NCBI RefSeq assembly: GCF_046317795.1
Contig: NZ_JBKCVI010000087.1
Span: forward strand, 3,438-67,437
Direction: 5' to 3'
DNA from: Flavobacterium sp.
GTDB lineage: Bacteria > Bacteroidota > Bacteroidia > Flavobacteriales > Flavobacteriaceae
DNA length: 64,000 nucleotides
Both the position numbers and the translations under genes were made by a program. Shown one piece after another: positions 60,821-64,000 of this stretch (position 1 is the stretch's first letter; each line of letters begins with the position of its first letter). The notes below the pieces were generated by a model. The model was not told the origin of the DNA. It worked only from the letters and a program-made list of their open reading frames with translations, and made no database searches.

Positions 60821-61495
60821 ATGATTACCAAAGAAGCGCTTCAATTTCTTGAAGATTTAATTGCCAATAACAATACTGAATGGATGCATGCCAACAAAAA
60901 GAGGTATGACAACTACAAAAAAGACTACCACAATTTTATAGCATCAATTTTAGCCGAGATGAAACCTTTGGACAAATCATTGGAACCCTTGGAAGTGAAA
61001 AATTGTACCTTCAGAATAAATCGTGATATTCGCTTTTCAAAAGATAAATCGCCCTATAAAACCAATATGGGTGTTTGGTTTACCCAAAATAAATTTAGAA
61101 AAAATAGTCCTGGATATTATATTCATTTCGAAAAAGGAAACTCCTTTATTGCTGGCGGCGTTTGGTGTCCGGAAGCCGATGAATTAAAAAAAATTAGAAA
61201 GGAAATTGCTTTTTTCTTCGAAGAGTTAGAAACAATTGTCAATGACAAAACCTTTAAAAAAGAATTTGTAGCCATTACACATGACGAAATAAATTCATTA
61301 AAAAATGCTCCAAAAGGATTTGAACCCAATCATCCTGCTATTGAGTTTTTAAAATTGAAAAGTTTTACGGCTTCTCAAAAAATTGATGATGTGCTTTTTA
61401 CTGATAAAGATTTTAGTAAAATTATAGCCCAAAAATTAATAGCTTTGAAACCGTTGAATGACTTTCTAAACCGAGCTTTAGAGACAGAAGATTAA
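60821..61495 (+). CDS. DUF2461 domain protein
   Basis: FLEDL..NN..EW...K..Y, FRINRDIRFSKDKSPYK; ATG at 60821 preferred. Confidence 0.9.
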   Translation: MITKEALQFLEDLIANNNTEWMHANKKRYDNYKKDYHNFIASILAEMKPLDKSLEPLEVKNCTFRINRDIRFSKDKSPYKTNMGVWFTQNKFRKNSPGYYIHFEKGNSFIAGGVWCPEADELKKIRKEIAFFFEELETIVNDKTFKKEFVAITHDEINSLKNAPKGFEPNHPAIEFLKLKSFTASQKIDDVLFTDKDFSKIIAQKLIALKPLNDFLNRALETED

Positions 61496-61501
61496 TCTAA
61501 A

Positions 61502-62569
61502 ATGGCAAAAAAACGAATTCTATTTCTTGGAGAAACGTATCGTGCAGATGCTATAACTTGGATGAATGGTCTGAAAGAATTTGGCGACTTTGAAATTGTT
61601 ACTTGGGAACTACAGACTACCAGTACTGGTATTCATCGCATAAAAAGACTTGTTGAATTAACTAGTGCTTTTTTGACCATAAAAAAGATTGCAAAAAGAT
61701 TCAATGCTGATATGGTGATTGCTGAACGAACGACAAGTTATGGTTTTCTCGCTGCACTCACAGGAATAAAACCAATAGCCATAGCACAACAAGGAATTAC
61801 TGATCTTTGGCCTCATGAATCGCCTTTGTATTTTTTTAAAAAAATTCTTCAGGATTACGCTTTCAAAAATGCCGATTTAATTCATGCTTGGGGAAAAGTT
61901 ATGGCCGATCACATGGAAATAAGCAACGTTAACATGTCTAAAGTCTTAATAATGCCAAAAGGTATAGATTTAAAACATTTCAAATTTCAAAACAATCAAA
62001 ATAAAAATTTCATTGAAGCTATTGTAACTCGATCATTAGAGCCCGAATATAGACATATCAAAATACTTAGAGCTTTTGCTATTCTAAAACAAAAAAATAT
62101 CCCTTTTCGTCTCAGCATTATTGGAGATGGAAGCATGCGCAGAACACTTGAAAAACTAACAGCTGAATTAAACATCGAACAAGAAGTAATTTTCACTGGA
62201 CGAGTTCCTAATCCTGAAGTAGCAAAAATGCTACAACAAGCTAATTTTTATATAAGTTTACCATCAACAGAAGGAGTTTCTGCCTCATTATTTGAAGCAA
62301 TGGCATGTGGTTGCTTTCCCATAGTGACCGATTTACCGGGAAACCGAAGCTGGATAAAAAATCAAGAAAATGGTATTCTTATTTTCAAAAGTAATTTTAA
62401 AATTTTAGCCCATGAATTAGAATATGCATGGGAGAGAAACTTATGGAGAGAAGCTGTTACGCATAAAAATAGAAAGTTTGTTGAAGAACATGCCAACTAC
62501 AATATCAACATGAATACAATTGCCCAAACCTACCACGAATTAATAAACCAAAAATCAATTACCATCTAA
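61502..62569 (+). CDS. Glycosyltransferase family 4 (GT-B)
   Basis: EG..ASLFEAMACG...VTD.PG motif. Confidence 0.88.
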   Translation: MAKKRILFLGETYRADAITWMNGLKEFGDFEIVTWELQTTSTGIHRIKRLVELTSAFLTIKKIAKRFNADMVIAERTTSYGFLAALTGIKPIAIAQQGITDLWPHESPLYFFKKILQDYAFKNADLIHAWGKVMADHMEISNVNMSKVLIMPKGIDLKHFKFQNNQNKNFIEAIVTRSLEPEYRHIKILRAFAILKQKNIPFRLSIIGDGSMRRTLEKLTAELNIEQEVIFTGRVPNPEVAKMLQQANFYISLPSTEGVSASLFEAMACGCFPIVTDLPGNRSWIKNQENGILIFKSNFKILAHELEYAWERNLWREAVTHKNRKFVEEHANYNINMNTIAQTYHELINQKSITI

Positions 62570-62571
62570 GT

Positions 62572-64000
62572 ATGTGTGGAATAAATGGTATTTTAAAATT
62601 TAGTCAAGAAAAAGTTGATCAAAATCAACTCTTGAAAATGCGAGATTCTCTTGAGCATCGTGGTCCAGATGATGCAGGATTTTTTGTTCAAGACAATGTA
62701 GGACTGGGTCACAGGCGTTTATCAATAATTGACACAAGTGCATCTGGTCATCAACCTTTTATCTCCGAAAATAAAAGATATATTCTGGTTTTTAATGGTG
62801 AAATTTATAATTATAAATCATTTTACAGCGAAATTAAAGCAAAAGGTGTAACCATTAAAACAGGTTCAGATACCGAAGTTTTAATGCTGTTGTTTGAACT
62901 TTATGGAATGAAATTTCTAAACAGATTGCATGGTATGTTTGCCTTTGCCATTTGGGATACTGTTGACAAAAATTTGATTTTGGCACGAGACAGAATGGGT
63001 GTTAAACCTTTGTATTATGCTTTTTATAAAAATGCCATTTACTTTGCCTCTGAACAAAAAGCGCTTTTCACAGCCGGAATTCCCCTAGAAATTTCTGAAA
63101 ACGGACTAGACGAATATTTTTTTAACCGATTTGTTGCAGGAGAAAACACTTTATACAACAGAGTAAAAAAATTGCTTCCGGGTCATTATATGGTTGTAGA
63201 AAAAAATGGTTACACCACTTTTAAAAAATGGTGGGATTTAAAATCTGAAATCGAAAATTATTCCTTGATTAAAAATCCAAAAGAGTGGTTTGAAGAAATT
63301 TTCTTCGACTCAGTAAAGTTAAGAATGGTTAGTGATGTTCCCGTTGGTGTTTTATTAAGCGGTGGTTTAGACTCCTGCTCTATTTTGTCCTCATTGTATC
63401 ATCAAGATTTTAAAAACATCAACACCTTCAATATTGGTTTTGGAGAAGAAGAGCATAACGAGTCTTATCTGGCAAAAAAAATCACTGAAGAATACCATTA
63501 CAACTTCAGTACCACACAACTCGATAATGAATCTTTATATCAAAACTTGCTAGAATCTACCTATTATCAGGATGAACCTATCATGCACATGAATGAACCA
63601 CATCTATTGTCAGTGTCGAAAATGGCAAAACCAAAAGTAAAAGTATTACTATCTGGCGAAGGTGCTGACGAACTTATGGGTGGCTATGTGCGCTACAAAG
63701 CGCTAAAAAATCCATCATTGCTAAAAGTAGTTTCAGGGTTGAGTTTAATGAAAGAATTTAATAAAAAACCTCGTTATGACAAATTGTTGCGCTATTCCAA
63801 AATTGACAACGTAGATGAATTAATCATTTTTAATGGCTCAAATGTTTATCCCGATGACATCAAGTCATTTTATGGAAGAAAAGAAATGCCTTTAAATATT
63901 TATCGTCACGAAATTTTAGAAGAAGCTAAAACATTATACCCTAATAATCCACAACGTCAAGCGCTGTATTTTGACCAACACACCTACATGTGTTCACTAC
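62572..64000 (+). CDS. asnB: Asparagine synthase (glutamine-hydrolysing), 3' end outside window
   Basis: Not in ORF track (open end). Manual translation MCGING..., HRGPD, GHRRLSIID, FNGEIYN, SDTEV, RDRMGVKPLYY, LSGGLDS, LSGEGADE. Confidence 0.93.
   Translation, partial: MCGINGILKFSQEKVDQNQLLKMRDSLEHRGPDDAGFFVQDNVGLGHRRLSIIDTSASGHQPFISENKRYILVFNGEIYNYKSFYSEIKAKGVTIKTGSDTEVLMLLFELYGMKFLNRLHGMFAFAIWDTVDKNLILARDRMGVKPLYYAFYKNAIYFASEQKALFTAGIPLEISENGLDEYFFNRFVAGENTLYNRVKKLLPGHYMVVEKNGYTTFKKWWDLKSEIENYSLIKNPKEWFEEIFFDSVKLRMVSDVPVGVLLSGGLDSCSILSSLYHQDFKNINTFNIGFGEEEHNESYLAKKITEEYHYNFSTTQLDNESLYQNLLESTYYQDEPIMHMNEPHLLSVSKMAKPKVKVLLSGEGADELMGGYVRYKALKNPSLLKVVSGLSLMKEFNKKPRYDKLLRYSKIDNVDELIIFNGSNVYPDDIKSFYGRKEMPLNIYRHEILEEAKTLYPNNPQRQALYFDQHTYMCSL

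Overview
AT-rich Bacteroidota chromosome segment, most like Flavobacterium judging by gene order, protein sequences and TAnnTTTG promoter boxes. It is mostly housekeeping: GlcNAc kinase-gapA-pfkA-tamB, tsaD-rsmE, ndh, marR-nitroreductase-yceI-trpG, yaaA, sdaA, ABC exporter, dnaJ-grpE, a padR-pspC envelope-stress module, trxB, tRNA-Pro(UGG), udk, mutAB, parAB-dapB-lepB, rhomboids-mutL-ribH, recF, and the start of a GT4-asnB locus. The standout is a ~3.4 kb accessory block (21859-25302) bounded by an exact 18-bp direct repeat of the sdaA 3' end. It holds four co-oriented gene cassettes separated by copies of a 29-bp repeat and attC-like half-sites: higBA, an HTH antitoxin with a decapitated RelE-type toxin, a possible divergent hicBA-like pair, and a Cys-rich lipoprotein. 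No integrase is visible, so it looks like a decayed integron-like (CALIN-like) array. Other oddities are a single in-frame TGA splitting tamB, an orphan trpG, a ParE-type TA module wedged between mutA and mutB, short palindromic insertions, and several intergenic inverted microsatellites. Annotations come from reading the sequence and motif recognition only; no searches were run.
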